Source of the DNA: an uncultured Verrucomicrobiae bacterium
Lineage (GTDB): Bacteria; Verrucomicrobiota; Verrucomicrobiia; Chthoniobacterales; UBA10450
Assembly (NCBI GenBank): GCA_963726745.1
Contig: CAVSDR010000003.1
Coordinates: forward strand, 864,001 to 928,000
Direction: 5' to 3'
Length of the DNA stretch: 64,000 nt
Part shown: positions 52,930 to 64,000 of the stretch, piece by piece
Layout of the letters: every line of letters begins with the position of its first letter
Position numbering within the stretch: position 1 is the stretch's first letter
The notes under the pieces: model-generated
Databases searched by the model: none
Told to the model about the DNA's origin: nothing
What the model saw: only the letters and a program-made list of their open reading frames with translations
Translations under genes and position numbers: made by a program

Positions 52930-53391
52930 TTAGCCGTCGAGCGCCAAGGTGAAGTGATGCGAGGCGATCTGCATCCGCTTGCGCAGGTAAAAGCGATGCG
53001 CGTCGAAGCGTTGCACCCCGGAATCGAGCGTGAAAGCGCGGCACTTCTCGCGCCGCGCCTCCTGCACCAGCCAATCGAAAAGCCGGTCGCCAAAACCGCG
53101 CGAGCGATCCGCGGCCCGCGTCACCAGGTCGTCTACGTAAAGCGTCCGCCCGGAGAAAAGCAGCTCGAGGATCCGGTAGCCCGCGACTGCGCGCACCTCC
53201 CCGTCCGCCTCGAGAAAAGCCAGCCGGTAACCTTCCTTCTGCTGTCGCTGAACTTGCCGGCTAAATTTCGCCCGGTCCGCGTGGTGCGGCCGCAATTCCG
53301 CCATGACCGCGTGGCAGCGGCCGATCTCCGCCGCGGTGCGCGCCTCCCGGATCGTTACGTCGCCGGGCGTTCCCGTTTTCCGTCGTACCAT
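52930..53391 (-). CDS. GNAT family acetyltransferase
   Basis: LYVDDLVT, RSRGFG, LDSGVQRFDAHRFY. Start uncertain because it overlaps the upstream gene. Confidence 0.88.
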   Translation of the reverse strand: MVRRKTGTPGDVTIREARTAAEIGRCHAVMAELRPHHADRAKFSRQVQRQQKEGYRLAFLEADGEVRAVAGYRILELLFSGRTLYVDDLVTRAADRSRGFGDRLFDWLVQEARREKCRAFTLDSGVQRFDAHRFYLRKRMQIASHHFTLALDG

Positions 53392-54074
53392 AAATCAAGC
53401 TTCTCCCGCTTCCGCAGCGCCCGTTGGCCGCCGAAGAAAATGAAAAACGTCTGCCCGAGAACGAAGCGCGCCGAGTGCATTCGCACCTTCCGCGCGGAGG
53501 TCACGATCGGCTCGCGCAGGATCTCGAAGCGGCCGATTTTTTTCAAAGCCAGGGTCAGGAAGACCTCTTCGCCGGCGAAATATTGCTCATCGAAACCGCC
53601 CGCCTGCTCGAAGAACTCGCGCCGGGTGAAGACAAACGCGCCCACCGCCAGTCGCATCCGAAAGTAGATCGCGGAGAAGCAGCGCAGGAAAATGCGCGCC
53701 CAGAGCGCAAGCTCACTATCCATCGCCACGTAGGCGCTCCCGCCCACCGCTCCCTTTGCCAGCGCCGCGAGCGCGCCGGTGACGTGCCCGGGCGCGATCC
53801 GCGTGTCGGCATCCACGAAGAACAGCACCTCGCCCTGCGCCACCCGCGCCCCGGCGTTGCGGGCCGCGGCGATCTGGCGGCGTTCGATCGCAACCACCCG
53901 GGCGCCAAAGCCGCGCGCGATCTCCGCGGTTGCATCGCTCGAGGCGTCGTCCACCACGATGAGTTCGTAGCTTTCGCCGGAGGCATCGGCCGCCACGCGC
54001 AGTGCCGAGAGCGACCCGGGCAACTCGAGTTCCTCGTTGTGGGCCGGGACCACGAAGGAGAGCGCGGGCGTCAT
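53355..54074 (-). CDS. Family 2 glycosyltransferase
   Basis: SFVVPAHNEE, VVDDASSDAT, ARNAGA, FVDAD, GGFDE. Confidence 0.9.
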   Translation of the reverse strand: MTPALSFVVPAHNEELELPGSLSALRVAADASGESYELIVVDDASSDATAEIARGFGARVVAIERRQIAAARNAGARVAQGEVLFFVDADTRIAPGHVTGALAALAKGAVGGSAYVAMDSELALWARIFLRCFSAIYFRMRLAVGAFVFTRREFFEQAGGFDEQYFAGEEVFLTLALKKIGRFEILREPIVTSARKVRMHSARFVLGQTFFIFFGGQRALRKREKLDLWYDGKRERPAT

Positions 54075-54177
54075 CGGCGGGAGGTTGAGCCCGAATCGCC
54101 CGCGACGAAAGCGATTTTCCTGCCGGCGCGGGCACGACACCTGCACTGCCTAACGAGACTACCTCGTTCCATCTCCT

Positions 54178-54634
<457 letters not shown>

Positions 54635-54645
<11 letters not shown>

Positions 54646-55741
54646 GCTTGCCGGCAAGCAGCGCCTCGGAATCGAGCGTCTGCGGGCCGGCTTCGGTACA
54701 GACAGCAAATTGATTCGGGTAAAGCGCCACGCCCGCGTACTCGCCCTTGGCGTTCAGGATGTAGAAGTTGACGTTAAAATTCGGGAGGCCGCGGCTGTTC
54801 AGGAGACGCTTCTCGATCGTGTTCCCCTGGATGCGCTTGAGCGCTTCCATCCCGGCGTCTTTCGGTGTCATTCCGCGCCGCATGTTTTCCACGATCAGGA
54901 ACGAGCAAAGGCCGTAGAGATTGGCCTCGCCGCGCCCGGTTGAGCCGGCGGCGCCAATCTCGCCATCGACATAAAGTCCCGCACCCAGGATCGGCGAATC
55001 GCCCACCCGGCCGGGAATCTTCCACGCCAAGCCGCTCGTCGTGGTCACGCCGCAGATCTCGCCCTGCGCGTTCACCCCGTTGCAATTGATCGTCCCGGTG
55101 ACGTGCTGCATTTCGATCAGCCCCTCGTTTACCATCGCCACGCGCGCGCGATCGCCCGCCTCGGCGCGTTTCTGCGGGTCGAGCCAATGCTCGGGATCGA
55201 TCCGGCGTTTCCAATCGAGCCAAAGGCGGCGCGACTCCTCGGTGTTCAGGTCCTCCTCGATCTTGAAGCCCATGTCGCGCGCAAATTTCTGCGCGCCCGC
55301 GCCCACCAGCAGGTGGTGATCGGTAAAGTTCATTACCTTTTGCGCAACGTTCGACGGCGTGCGCACGCCCTCGATGCAGGCCACGCCGCCGGCCCGCTTC
55401 TTCGGCCCATGCATGCAGCAGGAGTCGAGCTGGACCACGCCGTCGGCATTGGGCAATCCGCCAAAGCCAACGCTCGTGTCCGCGGGGTCGAGTTCGACGA
55501 TGTTCACCCCGGCGATGAGCGCGTCGAGCACATCGCCGCCCTGCGTCATCAAGGTCCAGGCTTTCTGCACGCAGGTCATCTCGCCGCCGTTCTTGAATTT
55601 GTTTCCGTTCGCCGACGAGATCACCACCGGCTTGCTCGACTTGTTAGGCATAATCTTGGGAGACTGAGCGCGCAGAGCGCGCGGGAGGCTGGCGGCCAGG
55701 CTCGCGGCCGCGGTGGTTTTGACGAAATTGCGGCGATCCAT
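54635..55741 (-). CDS. Tat-exported N4-(beta-N-acetylglucosaminyl)-L-asparaginase/Ntn hydrolase
   Basis: MDRRNFVK Tat signal, SVGFGGLPN, GTI nucleophile, TTTSGLAWKIPGRVGDSPILGAG, TGRGE. Confidence 0.88.
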
Positions 55742-55757
55742 CGCGTGAAAGCGTCGG

Positions 55758-57249
55758 CTATTTCTTCCAGACGTCGCCCACGCCTTCGCCAAGCCAGCGG
55801 GTGCTCACGACTTTTTGCTGGGTGTAAAACTGCACCCCTTCCTTCCCCTGGATGTGGAGGTCGCCGTAGAACGATTCGTCCCAGCCGGTGAACGGGAAAC
55901 ATCGCCATGGTCGCGGGCACGCCGACGTTGATCCCGACCATCCCAGCTTTCACGCGATGCTTGAATTCGCGCGCGGCTTTGCCGGAGTTGGTGAAGATCG
56001 CGGCGCCGTTGCCGTAGGCGGATTTGTTTGCCAGCGCGATCGCCTGGTCGAGGTCGTCCATCCGCATGACGTTAAGCACCGGGCCGAAGATTTCCTCGCG
56101 GCCGATGGTCATTTCGTTCTGCACTTGGTCGACGATGGTCGCGCCAAGATAGAAGCCGTTCGGCGCTTCCGAGACGCGCAGGTCGCGCCCATCGGCGATG
56201 ATCTTGGCGCCTTCCTTCTCGCCGCTAGCCAGCAAGCTCAGGACGCGGTCGCGGTGCTGCGCGGTGATCACCGGGCCCATGTCCGGTTGCGCCTCGGCGC
56301 CATCGGTCGGGCCGACCTTGATCGCGCGCGCGGCCTCGACCAACGACGGCAGCAGATGCTCCGCGGCCTTGCCGACGGTGATCGCAGTCGAGCCGGCCAT
56401 GCAACGTTCGCCGGCGCAGCCAAAGGCGGCGGTCGAGAGCGCCTCGACCGTGCGCGGGACATCGGCATCGGGCATGACCACGATGTAGTTCTTCGCGCCG
56501 CCGTTCGCTTGCACCCGCTTTCCGTGGCGCGTGCCGGTTTCGAAGATGTATTTCGCCACCGGGGAAGAGCCGACGAAGGAAATCGCGCGCACCTTCGGAT
56601 GCGTCAGAAGCGCATCGACGCATTCGCGGCCGCCGTGGACGATGTTGAGCACGCCTTTCGGCAAGCCGGCTTTCTCGAGCAGCTCGATGATCATGACCAC
56701 CGTGAGCGGGACTTTCTCGCTCGGCTTGAGCACGAAGGTGTTTCCGCATGCGAGCGCCAGCGGGAACATCCACATCGGCACCATCGCGGGAAAATTAAAC
56801 GGCGTGATCCCGACGCAGACGCCGAGCGGCTGCAGGAGCGTCTCGCAATCGACCCCGCGCGCGAGATCCGGCAGGTTGTCGCCCATCAGGAGCGTCGGCG
56901 CGCTGCAGGCGTACTCGACATTCTCCAGCCCGCGATAAACGCTCCCGCGCGCTTCCGCGAGCGTCTTCCCGTGCTCGCGCGAAACGCTCGCGCAGATGCG
57001 CTCGAAGTTTTCCTCGAGCAACTGGCGGTAGCGGAAAAACAAACGCGCCCGCTCCACTACCGGAGTGTCGCGCCACGCCGGAAAAGCCGCGTGCGCGGCC
57101 TCGACCGCATCATTCACCCGGTCGGCCCCGCACATCGGGACCTCGGCAATCACTTCGCCGCGGGAGGGATTGTAGACGGGCGAAGTGCCGTTGCCGTCAA
57201 CGGTCTCCCAAGTTCCGCCAATGAAGACCGGGCAGGCTGAAGTAGGCAT
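55758..57249 (-). CDS. mmsA: CoA-acylating (methyl)malonate-semialdehyde dehydrogenase (apparent frameshift near 55890)
   Basis: [41 protein letters not shown]. The alternate frame gives [33 protein letters not shown] with a stop at 55758. Confidence 0.88.
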
Positions 57250-57252
57250 GGG

Positions 57253-58382
57253 TTACCCTCGCGCCAATGCGTCGGATTGCTTCACGAAATCGTCGCCGCT
57301 CCACTCGCTGTCGGCCTTGACCATTTTCGCTTCCTCGGCCGCTTTCTGCGCTGCCTTGCGCTCGCCCTGCATGCGCACGAGCTCGGCGTGGGTGGTGAAG
57401 TAATCCAGGCTCTTGCCTTTGAAATCAGCCAGCGTCTCGAAGCTGTGCTTCTCCATGAAGGCGAGCAGCTCGTCCTGCATCCGCTTGACGCATTCGTAGC
57501 CGAACTTCATCACGCCGGTGCAGACCTGGACGGTGTCCGCGCCTAGCAGGATGAACTGCGCGGCGTCGCCGCCGCTTTCCACGCCGCCGATGCCCGAGAG
57601 CGAGCGGCCGGGAAATTCCGTGGCGAATCATGGTCGCGATTTCCATGACCATGCGGAGCGCGATCGGGCGGACCGCCTTGGACGAATAACCGCCCGGCGT
57701 GGTGAAGCCTTCGACCGATTGGCTCCGGCCGGAGCGTCTCGAGGTTCACTCCCATGACACTGCGAATGGTGTTGATCGCCGCCAGTCCCTGGCAGCCGGC
57801 GCGCAGCGAGGCGCGGCTCGGATCGGTGATGCGGGTGACGTTTGGCGTCATCTTCGCCCAGACCGGTTTCTTGGCTGCGCTCATGACCCAGCCGCAGACT
57901 TCCTCGAGAATTTCCGGCACCTGCCCCATGGCCGCGCCCATCTTCCGCTCGGGCAATCCGTGCGGGCAGGAGAAGTTGCACTCAAACGCATCCACCCCCG
58001 CGTCCTGGCAACGCTCGACGATCTCGACCCAGGCGTCCTTGTTGAACTCCTCCATGATCGACGCGATCAAAATTCCCTCGGGAAACTGGTCTTTGATCTT
58101 CTTGAATTCCTCCAGCCAGATCTCGAATTTCCGGTCGCTGATCAGCTCGATGTTTTCCCAGCCGATGACTTCCTTGCGGTCCTCCGAGTAAAGCTTCGCG
58201 TAGCGCGGGGTGACGTTGACCACCTTGCTGGAATCGAGGCTGACGGTCTTCGCGATGACCGCGCCCCAGCCTTCCTTAAAGGCCTTGTTGATCACGTTCA
58301 GGTTCGTCCCCGGAGGACCTGAGCCGATGACGAAAGGGTTGGGTAATTTCAGGCCGTCGACGGTGGTGGCTAGTGTAGGCAT
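57253..58382 (-). CDS. preA: Dihydropyrimidine dehydrogenase PreA, plant PYD1-like with no C-terminal ferredoxin (apparent frameshifts about 57620-57725)
   Basis: NPFVIGSGPPGTN, GWENIELIS, NFSCPHG, WAKMTPN, AINT. The C-terminal part VQVCTGVM..YFTTH..WSGDDFVKQS is in ORF 57253..57582. Confidence 0.85.
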
Positions 58383-58460
58383 AAGCGATGGGGTGGGAGT
58401 CGCTTCTATGCGCCCGGGCCGGAAAACTCAATCCCGAACTCCGCGCGCCCCTGGCGCGCG

Positions 58461-60343
58461 TTACGGCCGCGAGACCTGCAACCGGATGAAGCGCCGCGCC
58501 GCCTCCGCGGTGGAAGCGTTATCATGCGCCTGCAAAAGCGTGAGCGTGTTTTGCTCGATCGTCGTCTCCGCTGCATTCCAGCCCGCGAGGTCGCTCGCTA
58601 CCTCGATCGCAAGCGCGAGATCGGTCGCGGCGGGATTTTTCGCGACCGTCATCCTGAGATGACCCGCCGGATCGAGGCTGGTCGCGACCCCGGTGCCCGG
58701 CGGATAGGCCACCAGCGGATTCAGGCCTAACGAGTACTTGAGCAGATTGGCCAGCCCGTCGCCGCTGGGGTTGGCGGTGTCGGCGGCGTCGCCGGTGTTG
58801 GTCGCGCCGGGCCCAAAATATTGCTGCCGCCAATGATCGACCGTGTCGGTGACCAAGCCGGTGAGCGCGATGACGTGCCGATTCGGATTGCCGCTGGTGT
58901 TCAAGGCAACGGCCGGTTCGTAGCGGTCGTTCGCGGTGAAGCTGAGCGGCGCCTGGTAAAGGCCGCTCGCACTTGCCGAAAGCGTGACGCTAAAGCTGGC
59001 CGACTGGCCGTTGTCCAACGACGCGCTGGGAAAATCCGCGCTGCCGTAGCCGGCGGGGAGCGCAAGATCGGCGAGCATCAGCGGACCGCTGCGCAACGGG
59101 CTGGTTTGGGTGTTCGTGATCGTGATCGTGCGCGCGACCGGCGCATCGAACGGCGTGGCGCCGAAGTCGACTGCCGTGACCACGCTCATTTCCGGCTCGA
59201 TCAACTCGAAGGCGCCAGCATCTGGCAGCGCATGCCGCGGCGCGTCGCGCTGGTCGAGGCTCACGCTCGAGGCGAGCCCTGCCCGCTGCGCAGCCGAGCC
59301 GCGGAGCAGCGCGTGGCTTTTGGTGGAGCCACCGTTGAGCGCGAGCGCGGGGGCCACGGAAGCAGCCAGGTTTGCGCGGCCAAGGCGGTCGCTCCCGCTC
59401 ATGAACTGCGCGCTCGTGACCGTTTCGTCGGTGACGTTTCCGCCTAACGAGGAGTAGCTCAGGGTGAGCGCGCCGGTCGTGTTGCCGGCAAAATTCCGCA
59501 GGGCGCTGGCCGGCGCCTGGTTATTAGCCAGCAGGCTGTTCTTGACGCTGGCGAAGGTGTGATAGCTCGCGGTGTAATTCTCGCGTATCGCCCCGGCCGC
59601 GCCGCTGGCGTCGACATTCGCCACGAAGGTGCAGTGCTCCACGGTAAGCCCGGCCGGATTCGAGGGCGTCGCGCCGTAGTTATAAATCGCGCCGCCGCCC
59701 GGCTGCCCGGTGGCTGCGCCGCTCTGGGTGTTGCCAGAGAAGGTGCAGTTAGTGATCCGGGAAGCGACCGTCGGCCCCAGGCTGAGCGCACCGCCGCCGC
59801 CGTATGTGCCAAAGGCCAGGCCGGTGCTGTTGTTACCGGAGAAGGTGCAGCGGTCCAGGAGGAGGCCGCCGTTGAAGACGTCGACCGCGCCGCCCCAGCC
59901 CGATTGATTATTGCTGAAAGCGCAATCGCGGATCGTGAGTCAATTTCGCCGCGCCGCCGGCGCTGAAGTTGTCGGCAAAAATCGCGCCGCCGGTGTCGAT
60001 GTCCCCGGGGAAGGCCCGGCAGTTGTCGAAAGTGAGGCCGCTGATCGTGCAGCTGGCGTTGGTCAGGTGCAGCGCGCGCGTGGTCGCGTTGGTCGTGATC
60101 GTGAGGTTGGTCGCGCCCGGGCCGGAGAATCGTCAGGTCTTTGCCGTTGACGGCGATTTCACCACTCGTTAGGGCAATCGTCCCGTTGATCTTGAAGGTA
60201 ATCGTGTCGCCATTCGCCGCCGCGGCCAACTGCGCGCGGAGCGAACCGACGCCGCTGTCTGCAGTCGTGCTCACGCTCAGGCTTGCGGCTTGCGCGCCGG
60301 TGCCGGCGAGCAGAAGCGCAAAGATGAGGCGGAGCGTTTTCAT
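58461..60343 (-). CDS. Secreted beta-helix/choice-of-anchor Q-like protein (apparent frameshifts near 60125 and 59940)
   Basis: Signal peptide, VSTTADSGVGSLR, GGA repeats, LALNGGSTKSHALL..DQR..DAGAFE, C-terminal WRQQYFG..GDGLANLLKYSLGLNP. Confidence 0.7.
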
Positions 60344-60346
60344 TCG

Positions 60347-62511
60347 TTAGCCACCCATGGTCGCGCCGGGGAAGAAGGGGAGGCTGCGCAGACGCGTGCC
60401 GGTTAATTTCGCGTAGGCGTTCGCGACCGCGGGCGCGATCGGCGGCACGCCCGGTTCGCCGCATCCGCTCATGGGCGCGCCGCTGTTGATGATGTTGACC
60501 GTGATCACCGGCGCCTCGCTCATGCGCAGGACGCGATACTTATTGAAGTTGGTCGCGCCGGGCTTGCCCGCGGTCCATTTGATCTCGCCCCAAAGCGCCG
60601 CGCTCAAGCCGTGGAAAATGCCGCCCTCCATCTGCGCCGCGACGGAGTCGGGATTGACCGCGGTGCCGCAATCGACCGCGCAGGCGACTTTGTAAACGCG
60701 GATGCTGGTTGCCGTGCCGGAGATTTCGACGCACTCCGCGACGATGGTGTTGAACGCCTGGGCCACGGCGAGGCCTCGCGCGCGACCCGCGGGCAACGCC
60801 GTGCCCCAACCGCCGATCGCGGCCGCGCTGTTCAAGCACGCGAGGGTGCGCGCGGCCAGCGGGTCGGTGCTATTGGCCAGCAACTGCTGCCGGAAGAGGA
60901 GCGGGTCGACGTTGGCCGCGAGCGCAAGTTCATCGATCGCGCTCTCGACCGCAAAGGCGTTGAGCGAATAGCCGACGGACCGCCAATAGCCGACCGGGAT
61001 GGGCGACGGATGGATGACGTATTCGACCGTGCGGCTGCCGAAATTATACGGCAGCGTGGTGCTGCCTTCGGTCGCCTGCGAATCGCCCTTCGTGCCGATG
61101 GTCGCGCCGCGTTGCTTCGAAATAGACGGCGAGATGTGCCGGTAATTCCACGCGCTCACGCTCCCGGCATTATCCAAACCGGCGCGCACGCGGATCATCG
61201 CCATCGGGCGATACTGGTCGTTTGCCATGTCCTGCTCGCGCGTCCAGGTGAGCTTCACCGGCGTGCCGCTCGGGAGGGCTTTCGCGACCTGTACCGCCTG
61301 CGAAATAAAATCCTGCTCGATCTTTCGCCCGAGCCCGCCGCCCATGAGCGTGGGGTAGATCGTGATGCTGGTTTTCGGCAATCCCGAGACGTTCGCGACC
61401 GTGGTCAGCGCGCTGTTTGGACCTTGCGTTGGCGCCCAGACTTCGCAGGTCGTGGCGGTCAGACGCACGGTGCACGCGAGCACTTCCATGCAGGCGTGCG
61501 CCAGGTAAGGGAAGTTATAGGTCGCGTCGATCGTCTTCGCAGCACTCGTTAGGGCGGCGGCCGCGTCGCCGGTTTGCTCGGCCATATACGGCGCACCGCG
61601 TCCCATCAATTGCTGGGCCTGGGCGAGGAAGACGTTGCTATCGAGGAGCGCGGCATTCGCCGGCGCGGTCCAATAGTTGTTCGAGATCCCGTTGGCTAAA
61701 TTCTTGGCCTTGTAGGTATCGGTTGAAACCACTGCGACGGCGTTCGCGGTCGTGCCGGAAATCGGGAGCAGCGGGACGAGCGCGATCGCGGAGCTGGGCT
61801 TCGGCGGCGTGGCATTGAGCAAGCCGCCGATGACCGGGCTGTGCTTGACCGCGGCGAAGACCATCCCGGGAAGGAAGGTGTCGATGCCGTACTTTGCCGA
61901 GCCGTTTGTCTTCGGCGGCAGATCGACCCGCGCCGCCGGCGTGCCGATGATCCGATAGTTGGCAGCCGGCGTGAGCGGCGGATTCGTCGGCACTGGAAAG
62001 GTCGCGGCGGTCGCCGCGAGCTGGCCGTAAGTCAGCGACTCGTTCGTCGATGTGTTCCTGACGGTGCCGTTCGTCGCCTGGCAAAGCGCGCGCTCGACGT
62101 TCCAGGTTTGCGCCGCGGCGCTGAAGCAACATCTCGCGCGCGGCCGCGCCGGCTTTCAGGAAGGTGGGCAGGCGCGAGCGAATCCCGCCGCTGCCCTGCG
62201 GAAAGCCAGGAAGAAATGGCGGCGATCGGTTCCACTTTCACCGCGGTCCACGGCACCATCAATTCCTCCGCCGTGGCCATGGCCAGACCGGTGTAAATGC
62301 CCTGCCCCATCTCGCCGCCGCCGACCAGGACGGTGATCGATTCATCCGCGCCGATGCGGATGTAAGTGGTGATGCTGGTCGGTCCGGGCGTTTGGGCGAA
62401 CGCGCGGCTGCCGCCAGCCTCGAGCGTGATCGCGAGGAGGAAGCCGCCGGTGAGCTTGAGAAATTCGCGCCGGTCGAGCGAATTAGCCTTCGAGATGGCG
62501 GGCGCGCTCAT
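60347..62511 (-). CDS. Molybdopterin-binding subunit, isoquinoline 1-oxidoreductase beta/xanthine dehydrogenase family (apparent frameshifts about 62130-62200)
   Basis: RREFLK Tat-like N-terminus, EMGQGIYT, AHACME, GGGLGRK, WRSVG, AQMEGG, GEPGVPPIAPAVANA. Confidence 0.85.
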
Positions 62512-62517
62512 GACTCG

Positions 62518-62964
62518 TTAGCCGCCGTTGGCCGCGCGATGAATCGCCGCGCGAATCCGCTGATACGTCCCGCAAATGCAGATGTTGTGGATCTCGTTGA
62601 TCTCGTCGTCTGTCGGATGCGGCTTCTGGCGCAGGAGCGCGCACGCGGCCATGAGCATGCCGGATTGGCAATAGCCGCATTGCGGGACCTGCTCGGCGAT
62701 CCAGGCCTTTTGCAACGGATGGCTGGCGCCGTCCGGCGAGAGGCCTTCGATGGTGGTGATCGTCTTCCCGACCGCGGAGCTGACGTCGTATTGGCAGGTC
62801 TTCTCGGCCTGGCCGTTGATCATCACCGTGCAGGCCCAGCAAACCTCGATGCCGCAGCCGTATTTCGTCCCGGTGAGCCCGAGGAGGTCGCGCAGGACCC
62901 AGAGCAACGGCGTGCTGCCCGCGACGTTTACGTCATAGTTCTGCCCGTTAACGTTGAGCGTCAC
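62518..62964 (-). CDS. (2Fe-2S)-binding subunit of the same oxidoreductase
   Basis: TPLLWVLRD, GTKYGCG..C.ACTV, QCGYCQSG, CICGTY. Confidence 0.92.
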   Translation of the reverse strand: MTLNVNGQNYDVNVAGSTPLLWVLRDLLGLTGTKYGCGIEVCWACTVMINGQAEKTCQYDVSSAVGKTITTIEGLSPDGASHPLQKAWIAEQVPQCGYCQSGMLMAACALLRQKPHPTDDEINEIHNICICGTYQRIRAAIHRAANGG

Positions 62965-63022
62965 GACAGCGCGAGGATAGGACTTCGCTCGCGGAAAGCA
63001 CGCGCCATTTCAAGGCGGCTCG

Positions 63023-64000
63023 TTAGCCGAAACGGCGGAATTTCGGCCAGGCCTCTTCCCAGCGAAAACGCGGCCCGCGGCAGAGAAAAATGTCGGGATG
63101 CTCGGTGGTCTCCTCGTTGGCAACGCCTTCGCGATTGGTGATGTGGCCGACTAATTCGCAAGAGCGGAAACGCGGCTCCAGATCCTCGCGCGAGGCGCCG
63201 AGAATGATGAGGATTTCCGGAGGCGGATCGCCGTAGCCGCGAGCCCAGAAGGAGTTCACCGGAGAAATCGCAGGCGGCAGACCATACCGCGGGCCGTAGA
63301 GGTTGATCGCGCCGGCTTCGCCGTAGTTGCCCGCGAGGATGCGCACGCGCTCGCGGTCGCCGGGCGGGAGGGAATCGCGGATGCGCGCGACGTTCTCCAC
63401 CAACTCCGGCCAGCCGATTTCCTCGCGCAGGTCGCGGTTAATCTCCGAAACGATCTCCCACCAGCGCGAGTGCAGCGGAGCGAGCGGCAGGAAGATCGCG
63501 GAGATGACGACGATGTTCACGCTCACCCCGAGGAAGGCGAGGGCGCCAATGGTGCGTCGCTTCCACGGGCGACTCTGCGCGAGCCATTCCGCCCCGGCGA
63601 CGGCGCCCGCGGCGTAGAGCATCGGGTAAGCCGGCGCGAGGTAGTAGCCGCGGCCCCGGGCGAGAAGGAAAAGGGCGAGCGGCGCCAGATACATCCAGCC
63701 AAGCACGCGGAACCGCCCTCCCCGCGCGAGGAAGCAGAAGCCGAGGCCGGCCAGCGCCAGCGGGAGCGCGGCCAGGGTGAGCAGCAATTGATCCGGCAGA
63801 AAAGAATCGGTCCGCCCGATCGCGATGTCGCGCGCGTGGATCTTGCGCAGGAACTCCAGCGAGATGAAATCGTGCTGCCATTGCCAGAGGAAATTTGGCA
63901 GGAAGATGAGCAAGGCGAGCGCCGCGCCGAGATAGAGCCACCGGCTGCGTAAATGCGCCCGGAGCGGGCCAAGGATCACGCCCACGCCGAGACCCGCGAC
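63023..64000 (-). CDS. GT39/ArnT-like membrane glycosyltransferase, 5' end outside the window
   Basis: Multi-TM, LPNFLWQ, YYLAPAYP.L.AAG, GWPELV, NYGEAGA motifs. Confidence 0.75.
   Translation of the reverse strand, partial: VAGLGVGVILGPLRAHLRSRWLYLGAALALLIFLPNFLWQWQHDFISLEFLRKIHARDIAIGRTDSFLPDQLLLTLAALPLALAGLGFCFLARGGRFRVLGWMYLAPLALFLLARGRGYYLAPAYPMLYAAGAVAGAEWLAQSRPWKRRTIGALAFLGVSVNIVVISAIFLPLAPLHSRWWEIVSEINRDLREEIGWPELVENVARIRDSLPPGDRERVRILAGNYGEAGAINLYGPRYGLPPAISPVNSFWARGYGDPPPEILIILGASREDLEPRFRSCELVGHITNREGVANEETTEHPDIFLCRGPRFRWEEAWPKFRRFG

Overview
High-GC (roughly 65% by eye) chromosomal segment, most likely from a soil verrucomicrobium of the Chthoniobacterales/Spartobacteria type. 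This is inferred from the rpoA N-terminus, the pilin N-terminus and the C-terminal modules of the secreted proteins. It carries about 50 genes. Housekeeping loci are nrdJ, rpoA-rplQ, rpsO-pnp, gmhA, a DEAD-box helicase, tRNA-Ser(CGA) and tRNA-Val(GAC). Accessory loci include an operon of three di-haem cytochrome c (RoxA/MauG/CCP-like) genes with a membrane patatin, a beta-propeller/di-haem/dockerin protein with an adjacent CcsA, an RsbQ/KAI2-like hydrolase plus PAS histidine kinase, an ECF/anti-sigma/Spy module, a plant-PYD1-like PreA with MmsA, and a molybdo-oxidoreductase pair. I saw no integrase, transposase, prophage or CRISPR array. About ten genes have apparent 1-nt frameshifts, probably assembly errors. 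The strongest unexplained signal is a non-palindromic heptamer, CTAACGA/TCGTTAG (mostly CCTAACGA). I counted 46 copies by eye on both strands, against about 4 expected from base composition. It forces rare codons inside genes and supplies the stop codon of 13 genes. A related GCTAAWT motif also looks enriched.
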